A stretch of DNA of 64,000 bases from Flavobacteriales bacterium (lineage in GTDB: Bacteria; Bacteroidota; Bacteroidia; Flavobacteriales; BACL11), in the NCBI GenBank assembly GCA_018647945.1, contig JABGSE010000005.1, forward strand, positions 1,491 to 65,490, given 5' to 3'. Each line of letters begins with the position of its first letter. The stretch's first letter is position 1. Of the stretch, positions 48,222-58,556 are shown piece after piece. The position numbers and the translations under genes are program-made. A model generated the notes under the pieces. The model had not been told where the DNA came from. It made no database searches and saw only the letters and a list, made by a program, of their open reading frames with translations.

Positions 48222-49334
48222 ATGGCAAAAAGAGATTTTTACGAGATATTAGGAGTAAGCAAAAATTCGGATGTAAAAGAAATTAAAAAAGCATACCGAA
48301 AATTAGCAATAAAATATCATCCTGATAAAAACCCTGACAACAAACAGGCTGAAGAAAAATTTAAGGAGGCAGCGGAAGCATATGATGTTCTTTCCAATTC
48401 AGAAAAAAAACAAAGATACGACCAATTTGGCCATTCAGGAATGAGTGGAGCAGCAGGAGGAGGATTTGGAGGGGGAATGAATATGGATGACATATTTTCC
48501 CAATTTGGAGACATTTTTGGAGGTGGTGGTTTCGGTGGATTTGGAGGCGGACAAAGAAGAAGAGTAGTAAAAGGAACAAACCTCAGAATAAGATTAAACC
48601 TTACTTTAAAAGATGTTGTAGAAGGAGTGGATAAAAAGATAAAAGTAAGGAAACTAGTAATTGCTGATGGAGTAACTTACAAAACTTGCGGAAGTTGTAA
48701 TGGTAGTGGTCAGATAACCAGAATGAGCAATACCATTTTAGGACAAATGCAAACCTCATCTCCATGTCCCACTTGTAGTGGAAATGGCAAAAGTATCGAT
48801 AAAAAACCATCCGGAGCAGACTACAATGGTATGATTCAGAAAGAAGAAACAGTAGAGATTTCTATCCCTGCAGGGGTGGAAGATGGAATGCAGTTAAAAG
48901 TAAGTGGGAAAGGAAATGACGCTCCCGGGAACGGAATAAATGGAGATTTACTAGTAGCTATTTATGTAGAGCAACATCCTGATTTAGTAAGGGATTCTTC
49001 TAATAATTTACATTACGATAAATACATTAGTTTTTCAGAGGCTGTTTTGGGAACTTCAACAGAAATACCAACGGTAAACGGTAAAGTGAAAATAAAATTA
49101 GATGCCGGAACGCAATCTGGGAAGACTCTAAGATTGAAAGGGAAAGGAGTTCCTTCAGTAGAAAGATACAGAACAGGAGATTTGTTGGTTCATATTAACA
49201 TCTGGACTCCACAAAAATTAAATAAAGAAGAAAAGGAATTTTTTGAAAATTGCAAAAATTCTGATAATTTTACCCCCAATCCAACATCAAAAGATAAATC
49301 CTTTTTCGATAAGGTAAAAGAAATGTTTGGATAA
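48222..49334 (+). CDS. dnaJ: molecular chaperone DnaJ
   Basis: J-domain (..[17 protein letters not shown]..), a G/F-rich linker, and a CxxCxGxG zinc-finger repeat region. Confidence 0.95.
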   Translation: MAKRDFYEILGVSKNSDVKEIKKAYRKLAIKYHPDKNPDNKQAEEKFKEAAEAYDVLSNSEKKQRYDQFGHSGMSGAAGGGFGGGMNMDDIFSQFGDIFGGGGFGGFGGGQRRRVVKGTNLRIRLNLTLKDVVEGVDKKIKVRKLVIADGVTYKTCGSCNGSGQITRMSNTILGQMQTSSPCPTCSGNGKSIDKKPSGADYNGMIQKEETVEISIPAGVEDGMQLKVSGKGNDAPGNGINGDLLVAIYVEQHPDLVRDSSNNLHYDKYISFSEAVLGTSTEIPTVNGKVKIKLDAGTQSGKTLRLKGKGVPSVERYRTGDLLVHINIWTPQKLNKEEKEFFENCKNSDNFTPNPTSKDKSFFDKVKEMFG

Positions 49335-50241
49335 AAAGAACACTATGGAAAATCACATATTAAAAGCAAATAAAATAGTAAAACAATATGGAGACTATTT
49401 CGCTCTTAACAATGTAGATTTATCTATTCCTAGAGGAAGTGTTTTTGGTTTGCTTGGCCCAAATGGAGCTGGTAAAACCACTTTAATGAGAATAATAAAC
49501 CAAATTATTGCTGCAGATAGTGGAGAGGTCCTATTTAATGGATCTCCTCTTAACCGGAAACATATTTCTCAAATTGGTTATCTACCAGAAGAAAGAGGAT
49601 TGTATAAAAAAATGAAAGTTGGAGAACAATCCCTTTATTTGGCTCAACTTAAGGGAATGAACAGATTTGAAGCCACAAATAAGTTAAAATATTGGTTTGA
49701 AAAATTAGAAATCCAAAGCTGGTGGAACAAGAGAATTGAGGAGCTTTCCAAGGGAATGGCACAAAAAGTTCAGTTTGCAGTAACTGTAATTCACAATCCA
49801 GATTTATTAATTTTTGATGAACCATTTTCAGGATTTGATCCAGTAAATACCGCACTTATCCGAAATGAAATATTAAAATTAAGAAAACAAGGAACATCTA
49901 TTATTTTCTCAACTCACAGAATGGAATCTGTTGAAGAGATTTGTGATGAAATATCACTTATAAATAATGGAGAGACACTTTTGCAAGGAGAAATAATAAA
50001 CATAAAAAACAATTTTCGAAATAATATTTTTTCAATAGAGATGAAAACTGAAATAGATAATTTATCTGAAAAATTTACCATCTTAAATAAAAAAGAAAAT
50101 ATTTTAGAAATCAAAATTCAGGAAGGAAGTAACTCAAAAGAGTTGATAAATGAACTTTTACAAAAATCTGATATTATTTCTTTTAACGAAAAGATTCCTT
50201 CTATGGAAGACATCTTTATTAAAACAGTGAGTGGTGAATAA
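49327..50241 (+). CDS. ABC transporter ATP-binding protein (ABC-2/NatA-like)
   Basis: Walker A (GPNGAGKTT), signature (LSKGMAQK) and Walker B (LLIFDEP) are present. It overlaps the dnaJ stop by 8 nt. An alternative start lies at 49345. Confidence 0.85.
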   Translation: MDKKNTMENHILKANKIVKQYGDYFALNNVDLSIPRGSVFGLLGPNGAGKTTLMRIINQIIAADSGEVLFNGSPLNRKHISQIGYLPEERGLYKKMKVGEQSLYLAQLKGMNRFEATNKLKYWFEKLEIQSWWNKRIEELSKGMAQKVQFAVTVIHNPDLLIFDEPFSGFDPVNTALIRNEILKLRKQGTSIIFSTHRMESVEEICDEISLINNGETLLQGEIINIKNNFRNNIFSIEMKTEIDNLSEKFTILNKKENILEIKIQEGSNSKELINELLQKSDIISFNEKIPSMEDIFIKTVSGE

Positions 50242-51487
50242 AATTTGGCTCATCATAAAAAGAGAATACTCGGTAAGAGTTCGGAAAAAATCCTTTATTG
50301 TAATGACTATTTTGGGTCCTATTTTAATGGCGGCTTTGTTTATTGTTCCTACTTATTTAAGTATTCAGGGATTGGAAACTCAACAGATTGTAGTTTCAGA
50401 AAAAGGAAATTTCTTTTCGGAAAAACTAGAAGATAACGAATTAGTTCAGTTTAGCAAAATACCTGAAATGGAGATCGAAAGACTGAAGAAAAATTTTGGA
50501 AGTTCTCCTTATTATGCATTACTCATTATCTCCGACTCTAATAGTCAGAACAGATTTACCATTTATTCCGCTCAACACATTAGCCTTTCGGTGAAAAACA
50601 ATATCGAAAGTCAGATTTCCAAAATAAATGAGAGAAAAAAACTAGAAGAAGCGGATATAGATATTGAAATATTGAACAGTCTTTTTTCGGAAATAGAAAT
50701 TATGAGTGTAATAATTGATGAACAAGGAGATGAAAGTAAAGGAAGTTCTGAAATGAACTCGGCTATTGGTTTTATTACCGCCTTTCTTATTTACCTTTTT
50801 ATCTTTATGTACGGTTCTATGGTAATGAGAGGAGTAATTGAAGAAAAAACAAGTAGAATTGTAGAAGTAATCATTTCATCTGTCCGACCATTTCAACTAA
50901 TGATGGGTAAAATTGTAGGTGTTGCTCTTGTGGGACTCACCCAATTTGTACTTTGGATACTCCTTACTTATAGTATTGCTAGCCTTTTTGAAGTGGTATT
51001 TATGAATAGTAATAACCAATCTGAAATAATTACTGGGATATTAAGTAGCGTGGGGCAAATCAACCTTTCTTCTATTGTAATTAGTTTCTTGTTTTATTTT
51101 ATTGGAGGATACCTACTTTATAGTTCTCTATTTGCCGCTATCGGATCTGCGGTAGATACCGAATCGGACACACAACAATTTGTACTTCCTATAACAATAC
51201 CACTTATCCTTTCTTTAGTAATGATAGAACCAATTATGAACAACCCAGATGGTACACTAGCAATTTGGCTCTCTATTATTCCTTTTTCTTCCCCTATTAT
51301 CATGATGGTCCGTCTTCCTTTTGGGGGAGTAGAAAATTGGGAAATTATTATTTCTGCTACGGTTCTTATTTGCACTTTCCTTTCCACTACCTATATAGCC
51401 TCAAAAATATACCGAGTAGGGATACTAATGTATGGAAAAAAGAGCTCCTTTAAAGAGCTTATTAAGTGGATTTCGTACAAGGACTAA
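50231..51487 (+). CDS. ABC-2 type transporter permease (NatB-like)
   Basis: 418 aa. An N-terminal TM helix is followed by a large extracytoplasmic loop and then 5-6 TM helices. The start is GTG and overlaps the ATPase stop by 11 nt. Confidence 0.8.
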   Translation: MVNKIWLIIKREYSVRVRKKSFIVMTILGPILMAALFIVPTYLSIQGLETQQIVVSEKGNFFSEKLEDNELVQFSKIPEMEIERLKKNFGSSPYYALLIISDSNSQNRFTIYSAQHISLSVKNNIESQISKINERKKLEEADIDIEILNSLFSEIEIMSVIIDEQGDESKGSSEMNSAIGFITAFLIYLFIFMYGSMVMRGVIEEKTSRIVEVIISSVRPFQLMMGKIVGVALVGLTQFVLWILLTYSIASLFEVVFMNSNNQSEIITGILSSVGQINLSSIVISFLFYFIGGYLLYSSLFAAIGSAVDTESDTQQFVLPITIPLILSLVMIEPIMNNPDGTLAIWLSIIPFSSPIIMMVRLPFGGVENWEIIISATVLICTFLSTTYIASKIYRVGILMYGKKSSFKELIKWISYKD

Positions 51488-51663
51488 AATTGTCTTTTAC
51501 AAATTTTTATCTCTTTTAAAAGAAATTTACTCTTTTTTATGTGGGTTTTTATACCGATATACTAACAGGCTTACAAATTGATTTACAGATACTTAACTGT
51601 GATGTAAACATTGATATGTTAAAAAACATGATACATTCTATTTGCCATAAGTTTTGATATACA

Positions 51664-51671
51664 TATATTTG
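51664..51671 (+). promoter_or_regulatory. Bacteroidota-type -7 promoter box (TATATTTG) for the porin-like gene
   Basis: TAnnTTTG match 32 nt upstream of ATG 51703. Confidence 0.4.
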
Positions 51672-51702
51672 CCCCGTATTAACCAATAAACATAAAATAA
51701 TT

Positions 51703-52653
51703 ATGAAAAAAAATTTACGAAACATATTAGTTCTTTCTTTAGGGCTAATAACAACAATTGCTTCAGCTCAGTGGAGTGCAGATTCAAGAACAAGAATTGA
51801 CAACACTGATTCTGAGAACAGAACAGCTACACAAAGATTGACTGTAGGAGCTGACTGGGGAGGAATTCATGCATCATATGATGTAAATTATGACCTAAAT
51901 AATGGAGCTGCAACTCATGATGTATATGAAGCTTACGCTTCTACTGACTTAATGGGCTTTGGTACATTAACAGTAGGTCGTCAGGACTTAAGCTTTGGTT
52001 CTGGAGCTTTAATTTCTTCTAATAACTGGGGGATGAACAGATACACTAATGATGGAGTTTCTCTATCTATGGAACTTGCTTCAGTTAACATTACTGCTGG
52101 TACAATGGGAGGAATCAACACTGATGCAAACTACATGAACGCATCTACATCTTTAGCAGGTGCTGAAGTAAACATCTTAATGATGAATGATGGAGACAAT
52201 TCTGCTCATGGATATGATATTTCATATGCAATGGGTGATTTTTCTATGTCTGTGAGTATGAATGCTGATTACTCAGAAAATGAGTACAATAGTTATGGAT
52301 TATCTTACCAAGTGTTTGATAACTTATCTGCTTCTGTTTCTCAAACTTCTAATGAAGGTGGATTCTCAATGGCTAACACTGCTTTATCTGGTGGATGGGC
52401 TAATGGAAACATTGGATATTTAGGTGCTGGTGATGAAGATAGAGCTATGGGTATTTCTTATGACTTAGGTGACATTACTTTAGGTTACACTACTCATAAC
52501 GTAACAAATGAGGATGAAGGTGAGGAGTCTGACTATGAAGCTACTGAAATGCATATTGGATATTCTTTAAACGACAATGCTAATATCTCTATTTCAAAAA
52601 TGGGAGGTACTGATACAGAAATGACTTGGTTAACTATTTCAATTACTCCGTAA
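51703..52653 (+). CDS. porin-like outer-membrane beta-barrel protein
   Basis: 316 aa with a signal peptide (..ITTIASAQ). ..VYEAYASTDLMGFGTLTVGRQDLSFGSGALISSNNWGMNRYTNDG.. resembles the alginate-export/porin-type opening strands. It is Cys-free and rich in Asp, Gly, Ser and Met. Confidence 0.6.
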   Translation: MKKNLRNILVLSLGLITTIASAQWSADSRTRIDNTDSENRTATQRLTVGADWGGIHASYDVNYDLNNGAATHDVYEAYASTDLMGFGTLTVGRQDLSFGSGALISSNNWGMNRYTNDGVSLSMELASVNITAGTMGGINTDANYMNASTSLAGAEVNILMMNDGDNSAHGYDISYAMGDFSMSVSMNADYSENEYNSYGLSYQVFDNLSASVSQTSNEGGFSMANTALSGGWANGNIGYLGAGDEDRAMGISYDLGDITLGYTTHNVTNEDEGEESDYEATEMHIGYSLNDNANISISKMGGTDTEMTWLTISITP

Positions 52654-52678
52654 TTTCGAAATTTTAAACTATATTAAA

Positions 52679-52706
52679 AGAGGGACTTTATTGTCCCTCT
52701 TTTTTA
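52679..52706 (+). terminator. rho-independent terminator
   Basis: Stem agagggac/gtccctct with loop tttatt, followed by TTTTT. Confidence 0.8.
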
Positions 52707-52780
52707 TTCTTATATCTAGCAATTAACAGTATTTTGTTAATAATAACTAAAATCACTTTTTCTAGGGTATATTATTCTGT

Positions 52781-52788
52781 TATCTTTG
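52781..52788 (+). promoter_or_regulatory. Bacteroidota-type -7 promoter box (TATCTTTG) for the small OMP gene
   Basis: TAnnTTTG match 29 nt upstream of ATG 52817. Confidence 0.4.
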
Positions 52789-52816
52789 CATTAATATTAA
52801 TTTAAAATTTTATAAA

Positions 52817-53287
52817 ATGAAAAAAGTATTATTAACAATGGTTGTGGCATTTGCTACTTTAGTTGCTTCCGCACAATTTATGGTTGTTACAACCTATGAT
52901 GGTGACCAAGAAGAAACTATGGACAAATTAACAGCAAATTTAGGTATTGGTTATGAAGTTTCTGATGGATTAACTGTAGGTGCTGTAAGATCTAAAGGTT
53001 CAGATGCTATTGCGGCTGACTCTACAGCTGGTATCGTAGGAGTTGATGCTGTTGATGACGGTTATGAATTATTTGTAAGATACAATTTGTCTATGATGGA
53101 TGGAATGTATGCTATGATACAAGCTCCTACAGAAGACATGTCTGACAACATGAAGATTGGTGTAGGAATGTCTTTTAGCGTTTGGAACTCATTATACATT
53201 GAGCCAAATTACACTATGCCAGTAAGTGAAGATGCTAGTGGAAGCAGAGAAGGATCTTTCAATATTGGAGTAGCATACAAATTCTAA
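52817..53287 (+). CDS. small outer-membrane beta-barrel protein
   Basis: 156 aa with a signal peptide (..LVASAQ), alternating hydrophobic strands, and a terminal ..GVAYKF aromatic residue typical of OM barrels. Confidence 0.55.
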   Translation: MKKVLLTMVVAFATLVASAQFMVVTTYDGDQEETMDKLTANLGIGYEVSDGLTVGAVRSKGSDAIAADSTAGIVGVDAVDDGYELFVRYNLSMMDGMYAMIQAPTEDMSDNMKIGVGMSFSVWNSLYIEPNYTMPVSEDASGSREGSFNIGVAYKF

Positions 53288-53310
53288 GAATAAAATTCTT
53301 TATAATGATT

Positions 53311-53342
53311 AAAAAAACCACCTTAAAAGGGTGGTTTTTTTT
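53311..53342. terminator. bidirectional rho-independent terminator
   Basis: A7 run, then ccacc-ttaaaag-ggtgg, then a T-run. It sits between the small OMP stop and the convergent alaS stop. Confidence 0.8.
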
Positions 53343-53367
53343 ATTTGTAGATTAAAGAAATAGAGTA

Positions 53368-55965
53368 TTATAATATTTGCTTTACTTTCTCTAAAGCTTT
53401 ATCTATTCCTGAGGGTTTTGAACCACCTGCAGTCGCAAAAAACGATTGTCCTCCACCTCCTCCATTTATTTCTGCAGAAAGCTCTCTAATCATCTGAGAA
53501 GCGTTTAATTTTTTATCAGCAACTAAATCATCTGTAATCATTAGGGTGAGTAAAGCTTTATTGTCGTTCTCACTAGCAAGTACCAATATCAAATTCTCTT
53601 CTGATTTTCTTAATTTAAAGGAGAGTGTCTTCATTCCTTCCGCATCTAACTCTACTTTCTGAGCAATTAAATTAATACCCTTAATATTTTCTTTATTTTT
53701 CAAAATACTTTCAGAAAGAATATTTACCTCTAAATCTTTATAACTTTCATTTTTCTTAGTCAATTTCTTATTTTCAGATATTAAATCCTGAACACCTTTT
53801 AACAAATCTTTATTTTTTACAACAGATTTAATGGAATTTAAGGTATGTTCCATTTGAGTATTGAATTCTCTGAGTTTATCTGCAGTTATTGCTTCTATCC
53901 TTCTTATCCCTGCTGCAGTGGAACTTTCCGATAAGATCTTGAACATTCCTATTTCTGCTGTACTCTTTACATGAGTTCCTCCGCAAAGTTCTATTGATGA
54001 CTCAAACTGAATGGCACGGACTGTATCTCCATATTTTTCTCCAAACAGCATCATAGCTCCCATCTTTTTTGCCTTTGTTAACGGCAAATTTATATGTTCC
54101 TGTAAAGTAGAGTTTAACAAAATTTTGTCATTTACCGTATCCTCAATTAATTTAATCTCTGTATCCGAAATTTTAGAAAAATGAGTAAAATCAAATCTCA
54201 GATAATCTGGACAAACCAGCGACCCTTTTTGTTCAACATGCTCTCCTAAAACTTCTCTTAAAGTTTCGTGCAACAAATGTGTTGCACTGTGGTTTCTTTC
54301 AGAAGAAACTCTTTTTATTTTATCAACCTTTGCACTAAAATCAGAATCTAGATGAATTGGTAATTTCTCTGAAAAATGAATAATCAAATTGTTTTCCTTT
54401 TTAGTGTCAATTATTTCTATTGATTCATTTTTATTTTCAATTGTTCCTACATCTCCAATTTGCCCTCCTCCTTCAGGATAAAAAGGGGTTAAGTTAAACA
54501 CCAATTGATATAAATCTTTATCATTTGTTTTTACACTTCTGTATCTAGTAATTTTAATTTCAGATTGAAGATTATTATAGCCAACAAATTCTTCTGTATC
54601 ATCTTCAAGAAGAACCTTCCAATCAGCCGTTTCTACCTTTGTAGCGTTTCTCGATCTATTTTTTTGTTTTTCCATTTCCTGATTAAAAACCTCAATATCC
54701 AATGTCATATTATTTTCTGACAAAATAAGAGAAGATAAATCCAATGGAAACCCATAAGTATCGTACAATTCAAAAATCCTTTTTCCAGAAACTACTCCTT
54801 CTGAATTTTTTATTATTCCATCCAATGATTTCAATCCATCCGATAAAGTTCTTAAAAATGACAACTCCTCCTCCTTTATTACATTTTCTATCAATTGTTT
54901 TTGAGAAGATATCTCCGGAAAACTTTCGGACATTTGTAAGCTCAGTATATCTATCAATTTGTACATAAAGGCCTCCTGTATATTTAGGAAAGTATAAGCA
55001 TATCTAACGGATCTTCTTAAGATTCTTCTTATGACATATCCCGCTTTTACATTAGAGGGTAATTGCCCGTCTGCAATGGAAAATGAAATGGCTCTCAAAT
55101 GGTCGGCAATAACTCTCATAGCAATATCTGATTTCTCATTTTTCCCATATTCTATCTTACATATCTTTTCTATTTCTTTTATTATAGGTTGGAAAACATC
55201 CGTATCATAATTCGATTTTACATTTTGCATTATCATACACAATCTTTCAAATCCCATTCCAGTATCTACATGCTTATTGGGTAATAACTCTAACGAATTA
55301 TCCGATTTTCTATTGAATTGTATAAAGACCAAATTCCATATTTCAATAACTTGAGGGTGATCTTCATTTACTAAAGTTGATCCATCTATCTTATCTCTCT
55401 CTTTATCGTCTCTGTTATCAAAATGTATTTCCGAACAAGGGCCGCAAGGTCCAATTTCCCCCATTTCCCAAAAATTATCTTTTTTATTTCCATTTAATAT
55501 TCTCTCCTCAGGAAGATATTTCCTCCAAAAGTCATAGGATTCATTGTCTTTTTCTAATTTATCTGTTTTGTCACCCTCAAAAACTGTTACATAAAACCTA
55601 TTTTTGTCTAACTTACAAATTTCAGTCAGAAATTCCCAAGCCCAACCAATAGCCTCTTCTTTAAAATAATCTCCAAATGACCAATTTCCTAACATTTCGA
55701 ACATTGTATGGTGATATGTATCGTGTCCTACCTCTTCCAAATCATTGTGTTTGCCCGAAACTCTTAAACATTTCTGAGAATTCGCAACTCTAGAATCTTC
55801 AATTTCAGAGTTTCCTAAGAAGATATCTTTAAATTGATTCATTCCCGCATTGGTAAACATAAGTGTAGGGTCATCCTTAATTACCATAGCTGCGGAGGAG
55901 GTAATTTCATGTCCTTTCTCTTTAAAAAACTCAATAAAACTTTTTCTTATCTCTGAAGATTTCAT
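53368..55965 (-). CDS. alaS: alanine--tRNA ligase
   Basis: 865 aa with MKSSEIRKSFIEFFKEKGH.., ..FTNAGMNQFK.., an editing-domain HxxxH (..HSATHLLH..) and a C-terminal DHHA1-like GGGGG motif. Confidence 0.95.
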   Translation of the reverse strand: MKSSEIRKSFIEFFKEKGHEITSSAAMVIKDDPTLMFTNAGMNQFKDIFLGNSEIEDSRVANSQKCLRVSGKHNDLEEVGHDTYHHTMFEMLGNWSFGDYFKEEAIGWAWEFLTEICKLDKNRFYVTVFEGDKTDKLEKDNESYDFWRKYLPEERILNGNKKDNFWEMGEIGPCGPCSEIHFDNRDDKERDKIDGSTLVNEDHPQVIEIWNLVFIQFNRKSDNSLELLPNKHVDTGMGFERLCMIMQNVKSNYDTDVFQPIIKEIEKICKIEYGKNEKSDIAMRVIADHLRAISFSIADGQLPSNVKAGYVIRRILRRSVRYAYTFLNIQEAFMYKLIDILSLQMSESFPEISSQKQLIENVIKEEELSFLRTLSDGLKSLDGIIKNSEGVVSGKRIFELYDTYGFPLDLSSLILSENNMTLDIEVFNQEMEKQKNRSRNATKVETADWKVLLEDDTEEFVGYNNLQSEIKITRYRSVKTNDKDLYQLVFNLTPFYPEGGGQIGDVGTIENKNESIEIIDTKKENNLIIHFSEKLPIHLDSDFSAKVDKIKRVSSERNHSATHLLHETLREVLGEHVEQKGSLVCPDYLRFDFTHFSKISDTEIKLIEDTVNDKILLNSTLQEHINLPLTKAKKMGAMMLFGEKYGDTVRAIQFESSIELCGGTHVKSTAEIGMFKILSESSTAAGIRRIEAITADKLREFNTQMEHTLNSIKSVVKNKDLLKGVQDLISENKKLTKKNESYKDLEVNILSESILKNKENIKGINLIAQKVELDAEGMKTLSFKLRKSEENLILVLASENDNKALLTLMITDDLVADKKLNASQMIRELSAEINGGGGGQSFFATAGGSKPSGIDKALEKVKQIL

Positions 55966-56002
55966 TTAATCTGTATTATATAAACTCCATTGTGTTGAAA
56001 AT

Positions 56003-56010
56003 CAAATATA
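56003..56010 (-). promoter_or_regulatory. possible -7 promoter box (TATATTTG on minus strand) for alaS
   Basis: The reverse complement of caaatata matches TAnnTTTG. It lies 38 nt upstream of the alaS ATG. Confidence 0.35.
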
Positions 56011-56038
56011 CCAAAATTCTATTATAATCATAATTTAA

Positions 56039-56046
56039 TATCTTTG
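56039..56046 (+). promoter_or_regulatory. Bacteroidota-type -7 promoter box (TATCTTTG) for the M23 peptidase operon
   Basis: TAnnTTTG match 19 nt upstream of ATG 56065. It overlaps the ORF-track TTG start at 56044, which argues against that start. Confidence 0.4.
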
Positions 56047-56064
56047 CGTCAACATTTTTTTACA

Positions 56065-57036
56065 ATGGCTAAAATAAAATATTATTACGACACTAAAACA
56101 CTCAATTATCAGAGAATTGAAAAAAGTAATTTTGATAAAGTAAAAAACATACTTATTTACATTACTGCTTCTAGTTTTTCAGGACTTATAATGATTGTAT
56201 TTTTCTTTCAGTTTTTTGACAGTCCAAAGGAAATGAAGCTAAAAAGAGAGATTTCTGAATTGACTACTCAATACAATTTACTTAATAGTGAATTAAGCCA
56301 AATTGACTTTGTCTTAAAAGATATGCAGGAAAGAGACGACAATATTTACAGAGTAATATTTGAAGCTGACCCAATCCCAAACTCAATCCGAAAAGCTGGT
56401 TTTGGAGGAGTAAATCGTTACAAGCATCTTGAAAATTTAACAAATTCAGAACTCATCACATCAACTACAAAAAAGATTGACGAAATAACAAAACAGATTT
56501 ACATTCAATCAAAATCATTTGACGAAATAATTGAGCTTGCAAAAAATAAAAGTGATATGTTATCTTCAATTCCGGCTATTCAGCCTGTTGCAAACAAAAA
56601 TTTGAAAAGAATGGCAAGTGGATACGGTTACAGAATGCATCCAGTTTATAAAACAAGAAAACTTCATACAGGTATGGACTTTTCTGCACCAACAGGAACA
56701 CCAATTTATGCTACAGGAAACGGTAGAGTGGAGAAAGTAACAAAATCAAGAAGTGGATATGGAAGACATGTTATAATTAATCATGGTTATGGATATAAAA
56801 CCCTTTACGGACATATGTCGAAATACATAGTAAAAAGAGGTCAAAGGGTTAAAAGAGGGGAAATTATTGGTTATGTAGGTTCTACCGGAACATCAGTAGC
56901 TCCTCATTTGCACTATGAAGTACATAAAGATGGAAGAAAAATAAATCCTGCGCCTTTTTATTACAATGATTTAACTCCTGAAGAGTACGAAAAAATGTTA
57001 GAATTATCTTCTAAATTCAATCAATCATTCGATTAA
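56065..57036 (+). CDS. M23 family metallopeptidase
   Basis: An N-terminal TM helix and coiled coil are followed by ..HTGMDFSAPTGTPIYA.. and ..GSTGTSVAPHLHYEV.. (LytM/M23 HxxxD and HxH motifs). Confidence 0.9.
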   Translation: MAKIKYYYDTKTLNYQRIEKSNFDKVKNILIYITASSFSGLIMIVFFFQFFDSPKEMKLKREISELTTQYNLLNSELSQIDFVLKDMQERDDNIYRVIFEADPIPNSIRKAGFGGVNRYKHLENLTNSELITSTTKKIDEITKQIYIQSKSFDEIIELAKNKSDMLSSIPAIQPVANKNLKRMASGYGYRMHPVYKTRKLHTGMDFSAPTGTPIYATGNGRVEKVTKSRSGYGRHVIINHGYGYKTLYGHMSKYIVKRGQRVKRGEIIGYVGSTGTSVAPHLHYEVHKDGRKINPAPFYYNDLTPEEYEKMLELSSKFNQSFD

Positions 57037-57371
57037 TGCCAAAACTAAAAAATAATATTGAAAAGTTATTTTACCCTATTGGTGAAGTAGCAAAAGCATT
57101 TGATGTAAATGTTTCATTAATTCGATTTTGGGAAAAAGAGTTTGATATTCTGAAACCAAAAAAGAACAAAAAAGGAAACAGAATGTTCACCAAAAAAGAC
57201 ATGGATAATATTACCATTATTTTTCATTTGGTAAAAGAAAGAGGATTTACATTAGAGGGAGCTAAAAAGAAATTAAAAGAAAATAAAGAAGACACAATCA
57301 ATAATATTGAAATAATAAACAGATTGAAAGAAATTAGATCTTTTTTAGTGGAATTAAGAGACGAACTTTAG
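57036..57371 (+). CDS. MerR family transcriptional regulator
   Basis: 111 aa. ..YPIGEVAKAFDVNVSLIRFWEKEF.. is a MerR-type HTH. Its ATG overlaps the M23 TAA (TAATG). Confidence 0.85.
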   Translation: MPKLKNNIEKLFYPIGEVAKAFDVNVSLIRFWEKEFDILKPKKNKKGNRMFTKKDMDNITIIFHLVKERGFTLEGAKKKLKENKEDTINNIEIINRLKEIRSFLVELRDEL

Positions 57372-57399
57372 CACAAAAATCCCTGAAAATCATTATATA

Positions 57400-57735
57400 A
57401 TGATGAATAAAGAAAATATTATTGCAATTAACAAAAAGTTGGTTCAGGAAATAGAAAATACACAATCCAGAATATCCGAATACAAAGATTTGACAAAACC
57501 GATTGCTCCAGAAAATGCTATCGGTAGAGTGAGCAGAATGGATGCCATAAACAATAAAAGTGTGGTAGAAGCCGCCTTAAGAGAATCCGAAAGAAAACTT
57601 GATCAATTATTAGATATGCAAAAAAACATTACAGGAGAAATATTTGGGATTTGCATTAAATGTAAAAGTGAAATCCCTTTTGGAAGACTTTTAATTAGAC
57701 CACAAAGTAAATGTTGTGTAAAATGTGCCTCATAA
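57400..57735 (+). CDS. TraR/DksA family C4-type zinc-finger protein
   Basis: 111 aa with ..GRVSRMDAIN.. and CIKC..x17..CVKC. Confidence 0.8.
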   Translation: MMNKENIIAINKKLVQEIENTQSRISEYKDLTKPIAPENAIGRVSRMDAINNKSVVEAALRESERKLDQLLDMQKNITGEIFGICIKCKSEIPFGRLLIRPQSKCCVKCAS

Positions 57736-57757
57736 TTAAAAGGTGTATTATTGTCAC

Positions 57758-58543
57758 ATGAAAGCAATTCAATTTATTTTCAGATATATAAATTATTTTT
57801 TCAAAGCGAAAAATCATCATTCTGTTCAATCTCCATTTGTATTCCAATTGGTAACAAAAGTTATCAATAAAAAATTGAAAGAAAAAGATTGTATAGAAAT
57901 TGAACAATTAAGAAAAGAACTTTGTAAATCTGAAATTGATATAAATATTACAGATTTTGGAGCGGGATCAAACATCAATAAATCCAATAAACGAAAGGTG
58001 AAAGATGTTGCAAAAAACTCCGCTAAATCATCTAAATTTGGGCAATTACTTTACCGGATTATTGATTTCTACAATCCGAAAAATATTTTGGAACTCGGAA
58101 CTTCACTTGGTGTGAGCTCCTGTTATTTAGCAAAATCAAATGGAAATTCTAATGTTTTTACTTTAGAGGGGTGCCCAGAAACAGCAAAAATTGCAAAAGA
58201 AAACTTTGAGAAATTAGGGATTAAAAATATAAACTTAATTGTTGGAAATTTCAAAGACACTTTTGATGAAACATTAAACAAAATGGATTCCTTAGATTTG
58301 GCGTTTATTGATGGAAATCATCAAGAAAAAGCCACAATTGAATATTTTAACAACTGTTTGGAGAAATCGAATAACAACACAATTTTTGTTTTTGATGACA
58401 TACACTGGTCAGAAGGAATGGAAAACGCTTGGAAACATATTCAGAATCACCCTAAAACAAGCACAACAATTGATTTATTTTTCGTTGGAATTGTTTTTAT
58501 TAAATCCGAACTTACTAAAGAACATTTTACAATCCGATTTTAA
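57758..58543 (+). CDS. class I SAM-dependent (O-)methyltransferase
   Basis: ..ILELGTSLGVSSCYLA.. is motif I and ..LAFIDGNH.. is also present. I placed the start at ATG (MKAIQFIF..) rather than the GTG at 57743. Confidence 0.75.
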   Translation: MKAIQFIFRYINYFFKAKNHHSVQSPFVFQLVTKVINKKLKEKDCIEIEQLRKELCKSEIDINITDFGAGSNINKSNKRKVKDVAKNSAKSSKFGQLLYRIIDFYNPKNILELGTSLGVSSCYLAKSNGNSNVFTLEGCPETAKIAKENFEKLGIKNINLIVGNFKDTFDETLNKMDSLDLAFIDGNHQEKATIEYFNNCLEKSNNNTIFVFDDIHWSEGMENAWKHIQNHPKTSTTIDLFFVGIVFIKSELTKEHFTIRF

Positions 58544-58556
58544 TTATATTTGACAA

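Noticed and set aside
48440-48560. Repetitive GGWGGWTTYGG-type tracts
   Set aside because: This is the G/F-rich linker of DnaJ ([17 protein letters not shown]), which is coding low complexity.
49327-50241. Calling the ABC ATPase gldA (gliding motility)
   Set aside because: The adjacent permease is a single large NatB/ABC-2 type protein, not GldF/GldG. The sequence alone cannot distinguish GldA from generic ABC-2 ATPases.
56044-56064. TTG start for the M23 peptidase as given in the ORF track
   Set aside because: The TTG lies inside the predicted -7 promoter box (56039-56046). ATG 56065 (MAKIKYYYD..) is at the expected distance downstream.
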